DNA of 64,000 bases, taken from Malacoraja senta (Eukaryota). Shown in pieces: positions 26,370-38,542 of the stretch. The notes below the pieces were generated by a model. That model saw only the letters and a list, made by a program, of their open reading frames with translations, was not told where the DNA came from and searched no databases. Position 1 is the stretch's first letter. Each line of letters opens with the position of its first letter. Position numbers and translations under genes: made by a program. The stretch covers positions 3,784,001 to 3,848,000 of the forward strand of contig CM075998.1 in NCBI GenBank assembly GCA_038087875.1. Direction: 5' to 3'.

Positions 26370-27780
26370 AGAGATTAATAAAAAAGAAAAGTAAATTATA
26401 AGGTTCTTGATTAATAGAAAAGGCAAATTATCAAGCCCATAAGTCATAGGAGCAGGTAGACACAAAATGCTGGAGTAACTCAGCGGGACAGGCAGCATCT
26501 CTGGAGAGAAGGAATGGGTGACGTTTCGGGTCTGAAGAAGGGTCTCGACCCGAAACGTCACCCATTCCTTCTCTCCAGAGATGCTGCCTGTCCCGCTGAG
26601 TTACTCCAGCATTTGGTGTCTACTTTCGATTTAAACCAGCATCTGCAGTTTTTTCTTACAGTCATAGGAGCAGAATTAGGCCATTCGGTCCACACAGCAA
26701 TTTAATCATGGCTGATCTATCTTCCCTCTCAACCTCATTCCCCTGCCTTCTCTTCCTCAAAAGGTATTAATAATGGGTGGAGTAACAATACAAATTATGA
26801 AAGATACTTGATTACTATTTTAAAAACATATTGGAAGGTTCTTGATTAAGTTTAAAAAACAAGTTATCAAAAGGTATTAATAATGCGTAAAGTAACAAAG
26901 CAACTTAATGAAAGATTCTTGATTAATATTAAAAGAAAAGCATTAATTAAGGTTCTCGATTAAGTTTAAAAAAAAATTATCAAAAGGTATTAATAATAAG
27001 TGGAGTAACAAAAGATTCTTGATTAATATTTAAAAAATAAAAGCATATTATAAGGTTTGTGATTATGTAAAAAAGCAAACTATTAAAAGGTATTAATAAT
27101 GAGTGGAGTAACAACACAAATTGACGGGTGTCAGAGGTTATGGGGAGAAGGCAGGAGAATGGGTCTAGGAGGGAAAGATAAATCAGCCATGATTGAATGG
27201 CCGAGTAGACTTGATGGGCCGAATGGCCTAATTCTGCTCCTATCACTTATGATCTTTTGAAATTATCAAAAGATTCTTGATTAGTATTAAAGAAAAACAT
27301 TATAAGGTTCTTGATTAAGTAAAAAAAAAGTAAATTATCAAAAGATATTAGTAATGAGTGGAGTAACAAAGCAAATTATGAAAACATCCTTGATTAATAT
27401 TTAAAAAAAACTATAAGGTTCTTGATTTAGTTTAAAAAAGCAAATGATCAAAAAGTATTAATAACTAAAGTAACAAAGCAAATGATTAAAAGATTCTTGA
27501 TTAATATTTTAAAAAGAAAAATATATTATAAGGATCTTGATCAAGTAAAAAAGCAAATTATCAAAAGATTCTTGATTATTAAAAAACATTACAAGGTTCC
27601 TGATTAAGGAAAAAAGCAAGTTCTCAAAAGGTATTAATAATGAATAAAGTAACAAAAGATTCTTGATTAATATTTTAAAAACATATTATGAGGTTCTTGA
27701 TTAAGTTTTAAAAAAAGCAAGTTATCAAACGGTACTGAGTAAAGTAACAAAACAAATTATCGAAAGTTTTTTTTAAAACA
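26370..27780. repeat. Degenerate AT-rich tandem array upstream of the POU6F1 promoter
   Basis: Recurring ttcttgatta, aattatcaaaaggtattaataat and gagtaacaaagcaaat modules, interrupted by two retro-inserts. Confidence 0.85.
26456..26659. mobile_element. Fold-back Penelope-derived short element with hammerhead-like core
   Basis: About 75-bp inverted arms; 14-bp TSD agtcataggagcag at 26442-26455 and 26660-26673. Confidence 0.8.
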
Positions 27781-27789
27781 GCAACCGAG

Positions 27790-28690
27790 ACCTGATGCCC
27801 GGCTTTGATGGATGATAAGTGATAGGTGACCTTCGTGGCTGCGTTGGGCAGAGCCGAGCTGGATCCGATCTGATCTGATCTGGAGCCGAGTTGAGCCGAA
27901 GCATGCAGGCGCTGCCCCGCCGCCACGGGCTGTCTCTTTAAGAAGCCAAGCGCGCCACCTGGCACCGCGGACGGGAAGGGCAACATCAACATTTTTTTTG
28001 TCGTATGCAGACTCGCCTTGCATAAATTATGTTCATAACGTAGTGCTAACGAGCAATGTTTATCGAAGCTGGTACGTTCTTTTTAATTACAAAGGAAGCT
28101 CGGGAAGGCAATATATCTAGGAGTTTAGCAGCTCCAAACGTTTCCATCACATTGAGGAAAACTATGAAGAAATAAAACAAATGGAGATATTTCTCAAGGC
28201 CCGCTTTTTATCGATGCAAATGCTCCCTCCTTAACCAGTATACTCCTTGCCGTTCGGCTCAATTGATGGGGAAAAAAGCAAAACTTGACTTTTTTTTCTG
28301 GTCCTTTAACTCGCTTCAAACAAGACAAAAAATTGTTCGCAAACAGGCGGAGACAGTTTCCGAGGCACTTTGCTGAAGCCGAGGCATGAATAAATAACGG
28401 TAAGTAGGCGCAGGTAACACGGTGGTGGCGTTGTGGGAGGGAGCGGGCGTTTGGAGATGTGTATTTATCTTTGGCCGACATAAATACGTGCGGGGGGCGG
28501 ACGGCGGGCCCCTCGCCTCATTTGGATTTTCTCCGCCATTAGCATAATTTATAAATTTATGGCAGCGGGAGGACAAGGCGCTGCTTCTCCTCGGCCGCGT
28601 CACGTGCTGCCCGCGCGGCGGAAGTGCGCGCCGCGGCCACGCGCACACGCCGCGGCGTTCCGTGTTACCACCTGACGGCGAGGGCGGTCC
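27790..28690 (+). promoter_or_regulatory. CpG-rich promoter / non-coding first exon region of POU6F1
   Basis: CpG enrichment; GC box 28494-28500, E-box GTCACGTG 28599-28606, ETS GCGGAAGT 28618-28625, octamer 28214-28221; candidate donor CG|gtaagt at 28399/28400. Confidence 0.7.
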
Positions 28691-29270
28691 CCAGTGGAGG
28701 TCTCTCTGCAAGGGAGTCCGCCTTTACATCGGGGACCTGTGGTGGAGAATGTGTTAGCCGCCTGCCACTATTGCGGGCTGGAAGAGTCTGTGTTCCACGT
28801 GTATATGGAGTGTGTGAGGCTGCAGCCCCTGCTCCATTATCTAAAAGGGCTGTTCCTTGCCTTCTGGCTGCACTTCACACCCACCACCCTCATCTTCGGA
28901 CACCCTGTGCATAGGGGAGTGGGTAGGGCTGAAGATGTCCTGGTTGAGGTGCTCCTGGGCCTGGCCAAGCTGGCCATCCACGAGTCATGGTGCCAGGCGG
29001 AAGAGGGCTCTGCCCGAGCTGGTTGCCTGTGGCAACTGGAGAGGGAACACAGAGCTGGTGGCACTGGAGAGGGAACACACGCTGTCCACGGGCACCCTGG
29101 GGGATTTTTGGGACCATTGGCCGGGCACAGCGGGGGGGGGGGGGGGGGGGGGGTGGAGGAATAAATTTAGTGTCTCAGATAATTTGTTGATTTTGTATTA
29201 TGGCGGTAGGTGAGTTATAGTTTTGGTTTGTAAATATTATTTTGTATCATTATTGAATAAATTATTTTTG
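28690..29270 (+). mobile_element. L1/Tx1-like LINE 3' fragment abutting the POU6F1 CpG island
   Basis: CHYCGLEESVFHVYMECVRL is a C-terminal zinc knuckle typical of L1/Tx1 ORF2; AT-rich 3' end; short second copy at about 29360-29433. Confidence 0.75.
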
Positions 29271-31616
29271 ATAAAAAGGAAAAAAAGGGGCACAGAGCGC
29301 TGCATGGAACTTTGCACAGAGCGCTGCAGTGTAACAGATATTTACATTGGTTCACGGACTTGCCAGCCGCCTGCCACTTCTACAGCGTGGAACACACCGT
29401 GTTCCATGTGTATATGGAGTAAGAGAGGTTGCACGGAACAGTGACGTGTACTAGATATTGATTAGTAAGAGTGTTGGGGTTATGAAGAGAAGGCAGGATA
29501 ATGGGGTTGAGAGGGAAAGATAGATCAGCCATGATTGAATGGTGGGAGTAGACTTGATGGGCCGAATGGCCTATTTCTGCACCTATAACTTCTGAACTGT
29601 CACATCTGCGGCATTGAAGAGACCGTGGTTTATGACATCGGGTGTTGTTGACATTGTAATTTGATAATTGTCTGATTGTTGTTTGCAAACTGCCAATGGC
29701 AGTCTTGATCCTTTCATTACTCTGTATTTGCGATTAATTGAATAAAAGCTGAACAATAAGCAATAAATTGAACATGATTGAATGGCAGAGTCGACCTGAT
29801 GGGCCAGATGACCTAATTCTGCTCCTAAAACGTATGTGAATTTAGAGTGAGGACCGAGTTGTCAGATGATTTGGATTAGGCAGCTTCATTTCTGAGGAGA
29901 CTAGATGGGAAGAAAAAAAGTTGCATTTGTTCAGGAAATGGAGAAATGATGGGCAATGATTGCTGGTCTTGCCAGTGCAGGAACTGGGCATCACTGGCAG
30001 GACCAGTATTTATTGTCCACTCTTAATTGACAAGGTGGGGGTGAGCTGCCTTCTTGAGCTGCTGCAGTCCATCTTTAGGGTATAAACAATGAAGAGAGGT
30101 TGGACAGACTTGGATTGTTTTCTCTGGAGCATCAGAGGTTGAGGGGGGACCTGATGGAAGTATGTACAATTATGAGAGTCAAGAGACAAGGTAGACAGTC
30201 TCAACCTTTTTTCTCCCAGGGTGGAAATGTCAAAGACAAGAGGGCATAACTGTAAATGTGAGAGGGGCAAACTTTAAAGGAGATGTGTGGCATGTTTTTT
30301 ACACAAAGGGTGGTGGGTGCCTGGAACGTGCTGCCAGGTGTGGTGGTAGAAGTCTATATGATAGTGGTTTTTAATTCATGTGTCGGGAGAGTCAGAAGAA
30401 GGGTCTCGACCCGAAACATCACCCATTCCTTCTCTCCAGAGATGCTGCCTGTCCAGCTGAGTTACTCCTGCTTTTTGTTTCTGTCTGGATAGAGATATGA
30501 ATCGTATACAGGCAGATGAGATTAGTTGGCATCATGTTCGGTACAGATGTTGTGGTTCCAAGGGCCTGTACCTGTGTTGTACTGTTCTACGTATGTTCTT
30601 AGTGCTCCCACAGTGCTGTTAGAAAGGGAGTTAGAAAGAGGATAGAGCGCGGCGATTGGAGGAGGGAGACGTGGCACAGACCTGCGCCTCTTCCGCAGGC
30701 AGGATTGATCCTGGCCGGGTCTCTGGTGCTGTCCCGAGTGCCCCCCCCCCCACGGGTGGCCAGAGAGGTCGGGAGTCAGACGCGAGCTGTACCCCCACGC
30801 CCACAGCCAGCACAGAGAAACAGCGCTAAACCCAGCTCAACTCAGCCTGTCCCACCAGGTGAACCTGCCTGGGCTTGCGGGAAATATGGCCAGCGCGGAG
30901 AAGCAGCGCTGGTATCCCGTCAGTCCAGGCAGGGCTGCAGTTAACATGGTGAGACAGGCAGAGTTGAGCTGCATTTAGCACTGGATTGAGCCTCCGAAGC
31001 CTCGCACGCGTGAGTGTGCGCATGCGCGCGTGGCCGCCAAAAAATTGTGTCCCCGTCCCCTCCATGTTTTGATAGCGAGATCCGCTCTTGCCAGCAGGGC
31101 TGGAATGCCAAAGCCCCGGCCGCAGGCGGCAAATTCAGTCCACTAATTGGCCACAGCAGTCAGCTATAGGAAAGATCTGCCGGTTCCATCCGGGCCGGAG
31201 TTCCAGAAAGTCGGCCGCAGAGTGCAAATTAGACCTGCCGATCGGCCACGGAAGTCCTGAGATCAGCTGCCTCACCTACCTAGGTGCTACTTTTTCGGGG
31301 GTGGGGAGGGGGGATTTCAATGCGCTCTCATAATTGTGTCTGGATTATCGGAGGTGCCGGAACACCAGTTGCCGGAAAGTCGGTGGTGGACCTGTACTAT
31401 TTGAAAGAAGGATCATGAATAGAGTAATTTCCTGTCAGCTGTTCACAATAGACAATAGGTGCATTCGGCCCTTTGAGCCAGCACCGCCTGTCAATGTGAT
31501 CATGGCTGATCATCTCCAATCAGTTCCCCGTTCCTGCCTTCTCTCCATATCCCCTGACTCCGCTATCTTTAAGAGCCCTATCTAGCTCTCTTTTGATCTA
31601 TTTGCAATATTAGTCA

Positions 31617-32977
31617 CTTATTAAAGATGGGATAGCAGCACATTTGGAAAGTGGTGAAATCATTGGACAAAGTCAGCATGGATTTACGAAAGGTAAATCA
31701 TGTCTGACGAACCTTATAGAATTTTTCGACGATGTAACTAGTAGAGTGGGTAGGGGAGAACCAGTGGATGTGTTGTATCTGGACTTTCAGAAGGCTTTCG
31801 ACAAGGTACCACATAAGAGATTAGTATACAAACTTAAAGCACACGGTATTGGGGGTTCAGTATTGATGTGGATAGAGAACTGGCTGGCAAACAGGAAGCA
31901 AAGAGTAGGCGTAAACGGGTCCTTTTCACAATGGCAGGCAGTGACTAGTGGGGTACCGCAAGGCTCAGTGCTGGGACCCCAGCTATTTACAATTTATATT
32001 AATGAACTGGATGAGGGAATTGAAGGCAACATCTCCAAGTTTGCGGATGACACTAAGCTGGGGGGCAGTGTTAGCTGTGAGGAGGATGCTAGGAGACTGC
32101 AAGGTGACTTGGATAGGCTGGGTGAGTGGGCAAATGTTTGGCAGATGCAGTATAATGTGGATAAATGTGAGGTTATCCACTTTGGTAGCAAAAACAGGAA
32201 AGCAGACTATTATCTAAATGGTGGCCGATTAGGAAATGGGGAGATGCAGCGAGACCTGGGTGTCATGGTACACCAGTCATTGAAAGTAGGCATGCAGGTG
32301 CAGCAGGCAGTGAAGAAAGCGAATGGTATGTTAGCTTTCATAGCAAAAGGATTTGAGTATAGGAGCAGGGAGGTTCTGCTGCAGTTGTACAGGGTCTTGG
32401 TGAGATCACACCTGGAGTATTGCGTACAGTTTTGGTCTCCAAATCTGAGGAAGGACATTATAGCCATAGAGGGAGTGCAGAGAAGGTTCACCAGACTGAT
32501 TCCTGGGATGTCAGGACTTTCATATGAAGAAAGCCTGGATAGACTTGGCTTATACTCGCTAGAATTTAGGAGATTGAGAGGGGATCTTATAGAAACGTAC
32601 AAAATTCTTATGGGGTTGGACAGGCTAGATGCAAGAAGATTGTTCCCGATGTTGGGGAAGTCCAGGACAAGGGGTCACAGCTTAAGGATAAGGGGGAAAT
32701 CCTTTAAGACCGAGATGAGGAAAAACTTTTTTCACACAGAGAGTGGTGAATCTCTGGAACTCTCTGCCACAGAGGGTAGTTGAGGCCAGTTCATTGGCTA
32801 TATTTAAGAGGGAGTTAGATGTGGCCCTTGTGGCTAAGGGGATCGGGGGGTATGGAGAGAAGGCAGGTACAGGATACTGAGTTGGATGATCAGCCATGAT
32901 CATATTGAATGGCGGTGCAGGCTCGAAGGGCCGAATGGCCTACTCCTGCACCTATTTTCTATGTATCTATGTATCTA
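31617..32977 (+). mobile_element. 5'-truncated CR1-clade LINE, RT/C-terminal ORF2 nearly intact, with 3' UTR and (TATGTATC)-type tail
   Basis: ORF 31644-32783: [58 protein letters not shown]. Confidence 0.95.
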
Positions 32978-33935
32978 GGGAGTAAAAAGTATTACAGAGA
33001 AGACAAACAGAGAAGTTTTATGTAGCGTTCATCCCAGTGGTAACCCTCCAAATACAATTGCAAGGCATTCACTGTTGTTTCTCCTCATAGCAGTCGATTA
33101 TGGTCAAAGATGACCTGCTTTTGATTGCAGATTCTTACCTTCAAGGTGACAACAATGTAAAATGTCACAGCGCATACTGTAACTTTATGATTTTTGATAC
33201 ATTGAAACTGCAAGAGACGAAAGGTTACATCTACTGAAGACTTCGATATGATTTATTTAAGAACAAATGTATTTAAATACACTTTAATTTGCAAAATGTC
33301 ACCTGACACTTGACAGAAATGTTGGAAAGAGAATTTGACACTGAAGCGTGATAAGATATTAGCAGAGATGACCAAAAGCTGGTCAAAAAGTAACTTTTGG
33401 AGAGCATCTTAAAGGGGGGAAGAAAGGTTGTGAGCCGTTTAGGGAGGGAATGCCAGAGTTATGAGTCTTGCCAGCCGAAGCCATCGCTACCAATTGTGGA
33501 GAGAGAGAATTGGAGGAGCACCAACATCTCCGAGTTGTCTTGGTTTGGATAAAGAGAAGCGAGGCCATGGAGGGTTTTGAAGACAAAGATGAGAATTTTT
33601 AGGTCAATCACTGGCTGCTGGTGGACCAAAGCAATTCAATGACAACAGGAGTTGTGGGTGATCAGTGCTTCTTGTGACACAACTGTAAAGCTTTGTATGA
33701 CTGGACTCTTCTGGAGAGTAGAATGATGAAGGCCAACAAGGAAAATGCTAGAGTCAAGTCTTGAGGTAGTGGCGAAATGGATGAGCTTTTTGGTACCCGA
33801 TGGACTGAGGCATAAGCAGTTGTGGAGCTGGAAGTAGCATTCTTAGTGATGAGTCAGATATGGCAGCTGGGGAAATGAAGTACGTTTTTTTAAAATCTGC
33901 AAAAGCTAGTAACAGTAACCAGGTCATTTACCGAA

Positions 33936-34190
33936 TACAGTAAACCCTCGTTTTAACGGACCTCTTTATAACGGATTTCATTTGTAGCGGACTGACCTAC
34001 CGACGGCTGCGCACACCACCCCTGGGCTCACACCACCTCCCCCACCGTTTACAGCAGCGGCCTCCCGCGCCACCTCTTGGCGATGGTGGTGGCTCATGCC
34101 ACCACCCCGGGCACTTACAGCACCGGCCTCCCATGCCACTCCTGGCTCATGCCACCACTAGGGAGGGCACTTACACCACTGGCTGCCCCC
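33936..34190 (+). mobile_element. pogo/Tigger-like MITE left end with GC-rich internal repeats
   Basis: TA|CAGTAAACCCTCGTTTTAACGG with sub-terminal taacgga repeats; right end not found. Confidence 0.5.
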
Positions 34191-36129
34191 CCCCCCCCGG
34201 TCTCAACCCAAAACATTGCCTATCCATAATCTCCAGAGATGTTGCCTGACCCATTGAGTTATTCCAGCACTTTGTGTCCTTTTGTGTATCAACCAGCAAC
34301 TGCACTCATCTTTCTATTGCATTTCTGTACTCCCTCATCATTGTTTGAGATCCTGGTTCTTTGCTTACAATTAAAACTCAATTCACAGTCCCTTTGATAA
34401 TCAAACAGATAATTCCAGTATACAGCAGGATCTGGGCAACATCTTGGGACAACAAATAGCATGTAACATTTGCATTTATCAACACCAATCCCCAACAAAA
34501 AAAGGCAGAATACCCAACCACTGACCTATTGGCATAACAAATGAGCAGAAAGTATCATTAATGATAATCCAGTGCATTTGATTTGCCACCTATAATAATT
34601 AACTTGGTGTCACCCCTCTCTGCACTATGGTTGCAGCCTGCACTGCCTAGAGATGTGTAGAAGAAACTGTAGATGCTGGTTTAAACTGAAGAGAGACACA
34701 AAAAGCTGGAATAACTCAGCGGGTCAGACAGCATCTCTGGAGAAAAGGAATAGATGATGTTTCGGGTCGAGATCCTTCTTCAGACACAAAAGAGTCTGAA
34801 GAAGGGTCTCGTCCTGAAACGTCACCTATTCCCTTTCTCCAGAGATGCTGTCTGACCCGCTGGGTTATTCCAGCTTTTTGTGTCTGTCTGCCTAGAGATG
34901 TACTGTTGTGACTCACTAGAATTATTTTGATGGCACCTTCCATTTTCCCCTGACGAACACCCAGAAAGGAAGAGAAGCAACTCCAGAGAAAAGCCATCCT
35001 CTCCAAGTACTTTCCCGAGCTACAAACTGCCCTGTCTTTGATTTTTTGTCACAGTTCCTTTGTATTCTGGGTGAAAACCCTGGAATTCCTGATCTGATGG
35101 CATTGTAGGAGCATTGTCAGCACAACAATGTGGTAGTTCAAAAAGAGAGTGCAAAGCCTATCTCACAGAACAACCAGAATGGCCTTGTCATCTAATCTCT
35201 CAAGAGCAAATAAAAAAACACAGATTTAACAAGAAGCTGAGGCGACGTTGGGATAGGGGACTGAAATATGTTGCATTTTCCTCTGCTCTATTTTTAAGAC
35301 TTGTACGTTGAGGAACAAAATTACTACAAAACAATTTGCAAAGAAACATTGTAAAATCGAAATAATGGCAAGTAGTTTAGAAGAAATGTAACAAATATAT
35401 ACAACAAAGAAACCCCTATGAAACAAAAGGTCAAAAGAATTACCGATGACACCATGTTTTCACCATGACACATTTGGAAGCAATCTCATCTCTGGACCAG
35501 AAAGGCACTTAACAGACGAGTGCAAAATCTTAGAAGACATTTCAAGAGTCAAGAGAATTTTATTGTCGTGTGTCCCAGATAAGCAATGACATTCTTGCTT
35601 GCTGCAGCACAACAGAATATGTAAACATAGTACAGAACAGGGGATAAAAGTTCAGTGTGTCTCTATACCATATATATACACAATAAATAAACAGATAAAG
35701 TGCAATAGGCTGTTATTTTTGCGCAGCACTGAGGAGTGTTGCAGTATTAGAGTTGCCATCTATTAGTGTGACTTATTTTTTTTAATGTATGCAGTGTGAG
35801 TGAAATTTTTGTTGAGCTGTGAGATCAGTCTGCTGGTTGGATCATTAGTTTACTCAGGCAGACAGGAGATCACTTATCTGAATACCAACCAGATCGGAGT
35901 CAGGTCATACACTTCAGGAAGAAGAATCAAAAGGCGGAGCAGTATCTAAATGGTAATTGACTGCAAATTTGCGACTCAGAGTGCACGAATCACAGAAAGT
36001 TTGCAACCAGTTAAAAAGACAAATGGCATTTCAACCCGTTTATTACAAGGGGTTTGGAGTTCAAAAATAGGGAAGTTTTGTTACAGTTGTACAGGGTGTT
36101 CATGAGCCTTCACCTGGAACACTGCACAT

Positions 36130-36712
36130 CATGGCCCACAGACCACTATCAGTGAGGATAGGGGACAAATCATCCTCTACGATAATCCTCAACACTGGTG
36201 ACCTGCAGGGATGCGTTCTCAGCCCCCTACTCTACTCCTTATGCACCCATGACTGTGCGGCCAAATACCAATACAACTCAATCTACAAATTTGCAGATTA
36301 CACCATCGTAATGGGCCGGATATCGAACTATGACGAGACGGAGTACATTATGCATGCATGTTGAAAGCTTCAAGTTCCCAGGAATAAATATCACCAGCAA
36401 TTTGTCCTGGAACAGCCACATCGAAGCTTTGACCACGAAAGCACACCAACGCCTCTACTTCCTTAGAAGGCTTAGGAAGTTCAGCAAGTCCCCAACAGCC
36501 CTCACCAACTTCTACAGATGTGCTGTAGAAAGCATCTTATCGGGATACATCACAGCATGGTTTGGGAACAGCTCCATCCAAGACTGCAAGAAATTGCAGA
36601 GAATTGTGGATGTAAATCAAACCATCACACCAACCAGCCTTCCTCCCATTGACTCCATCTACACCACGCTGCCTCGGCAAGGCCACCAACAACATCAAGG
36701 ACCAGTCTTGCC
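36130..36712 (+). mobile_element. Non-CR1 LINE RT fragment (Rex1/Babar- or L2-like)
   Basis: LNTGDLQGCVLSPLLYSL, KFADYT, KAHQRLYFLRRLRKF, FYRCAVESIL. Confidence 0.85.
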
Positions 36713-36984
36713 TCATTCGAATGCACAAGATCTTAATGGAGCTGACAGGGTGATTGTTGAGATGTTTTCACCAGTGGAGGAGTCTCGGACCAAGGGAACA
36801 TAACTACAAGTTAATTTAAAATGGAGGAGTGTTGAAATCTCTTTTTGCAGAGAGTTGTGAATCTCTGGAGTCTAGATCATTAGAAATATTTAAAGTAGAG
36901 GTAGAATAATATTATTTAAAGATCAGGGAATTGAGGGCTATGGCACAGGAGATGAAACTTGATCATATTGAATGGCGGAAACAA

Positions 36985-37615
36985 AGAACTGCAAATGCTG
37001 GTTAATACACACAAGGACACAAAGTGTTGGAGTAATTGAGCAGATCTGGCAGCATCAATGGAGAACATGGATGGGTAACGTTTCAGGTCAAGACCCTTCT
37101 TCAGACTGGGACGGGGGGGCGAGAAGAAAGCTGGAAAAGATGAGCCATGACACAATTTTGCAGGTAATGGGGGGGGGGGGGGGGGTGTGGTGGGGAGGGG
37201 GGGGGTTGATAAGCAGGTGGTTGGAACAAAAGCCAGAGATAAGAAAGGAAGGTGTGAGAGAGGTTTGAGTTGTGGATTGTGAAGCCAAAGGGAAGAAAGT
37301 AGTGGGGGGTTTGGGCGGGAGAAATGGGTGGGAATACAAGATAGGGAGAGGTGAGGGGGTTGTGGAGGAGAAAGGGGAGTGATGGTGGGGGGGTTAGTGA
37401 GAGGTTACCTAAAATTGGCAAATTTGATGTCCATACCGTTAGGTTGTAAGCCACCCAAGTGGAATATGAAGTGCTGTTCCTCCAGTTTGCGCGTGAACTC
37501 ATCTCTGGCAATGGAGGAGGCCCAGGATAGAAAGGTAAGTTGGAATGGGAAGGTGAATTAAAATGGTAGACAATTGGGAGATCCAAAGGATCTTGGTGGA
37601 CCGAGCGCAAGTATT
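36985..37615 (-). mobile_element. Penelope-like element 3' portion (GIY-YIG C-terminus plus pLTR)
   Basis: EYLRSVHQDPLDLPIVYHFNSPSHS, followed by a pyrimidine-rich tract and the ctgaagaagggtc...gaaacg terminal motif. Confidence 0.8.
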
Positions 37616-38542
37616 CTCCAGAAAGACCACCATGATTCAACAACAACACACTGTCACCTTCTCGAGAGCAGTTAAGAATGGGCAATATGTGTTGACCTTG
37701 CCAGCAAAGCCCAAATCCCATTTAAGAAAAACGAACATAAGGATGGGGACTTGTTTAAGAAAGAACTGCAGATGCTGGAAAAATCGAAGGTAGACAAAAA
37801 TGCTGGAGAAATTCAGCGGGTGAGGCAGCATCTATGGAGCGAAGGAATAGGCAAAGTTTCGGGTCGAAACCTTTCTTCAGGATGGGGACTTGATGGTTTT
37901 GGTGCATGTGGTGGTGGTCCCTTGAAGGGAGAAACAAACAACGTTTGGGGAGGAGATGAATAGGCTGGTACACATGTGTGTTGGGGAGCGATTGGCAAAA
38001 AGTGTCTACCAATCCCACATCCCTGCTGCATTGGTTTGTCTTCATTTACTGCTGATTGTTTCCCTGGGGAGCCTGAAAAATATTTCAGAAATAGTGTATA
38101 AGCGTGGAAACACACCACTGAATTTCCATCTTCAACTTTTCGTCCTTGGGCTAGGCCTTCCCCTGGGGAAAAGTTCAGGAAAATCAGCTTCATAAATATT
38201 CCCTTAGTTAAGTTGGGACAGAATCACTAATTTATGATTTAACACACTTTGGCTTTTTTTTTTAATAAGCAGAATACCTTATTCACATTAGCTGCAGTGG
38301 AGCAGCATGCCATTACAACTGAACAACTGGTGGCCAGGTATTTTTTGAGATTTTATATTCATGAGATTGCATCCAAATTATCCAGTGCACTGATACATAA
38401 AGTAGTTATTCAATCAATCATGACGGAGTCAAGTTAATCAAGGTAATGTTTTGTTGATTTTCTTTAAAGTAAATTCATCATTTTTGTTTTGTTCTCCAGA
38501 ATGCAAGAAGGCAGACCAAACTGTTTCTTTCAGTGATGTACA

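Noticed and set aside
26370..27780. Repeat-spacer appearance suggestive of a CRISPR array
   Set aside because: Eukaryotic locus, degenerate repeats, non-unique spacers and no cas genes.
31644..32783. 379-aa reverse transcriptase ORF as a host gene or a prokaryotic retron-type system
   Set aside because: Typical 5'-truncated CR1 ORF2 with LINE 3' UTR and tail; no true start and frameshifted near the end.
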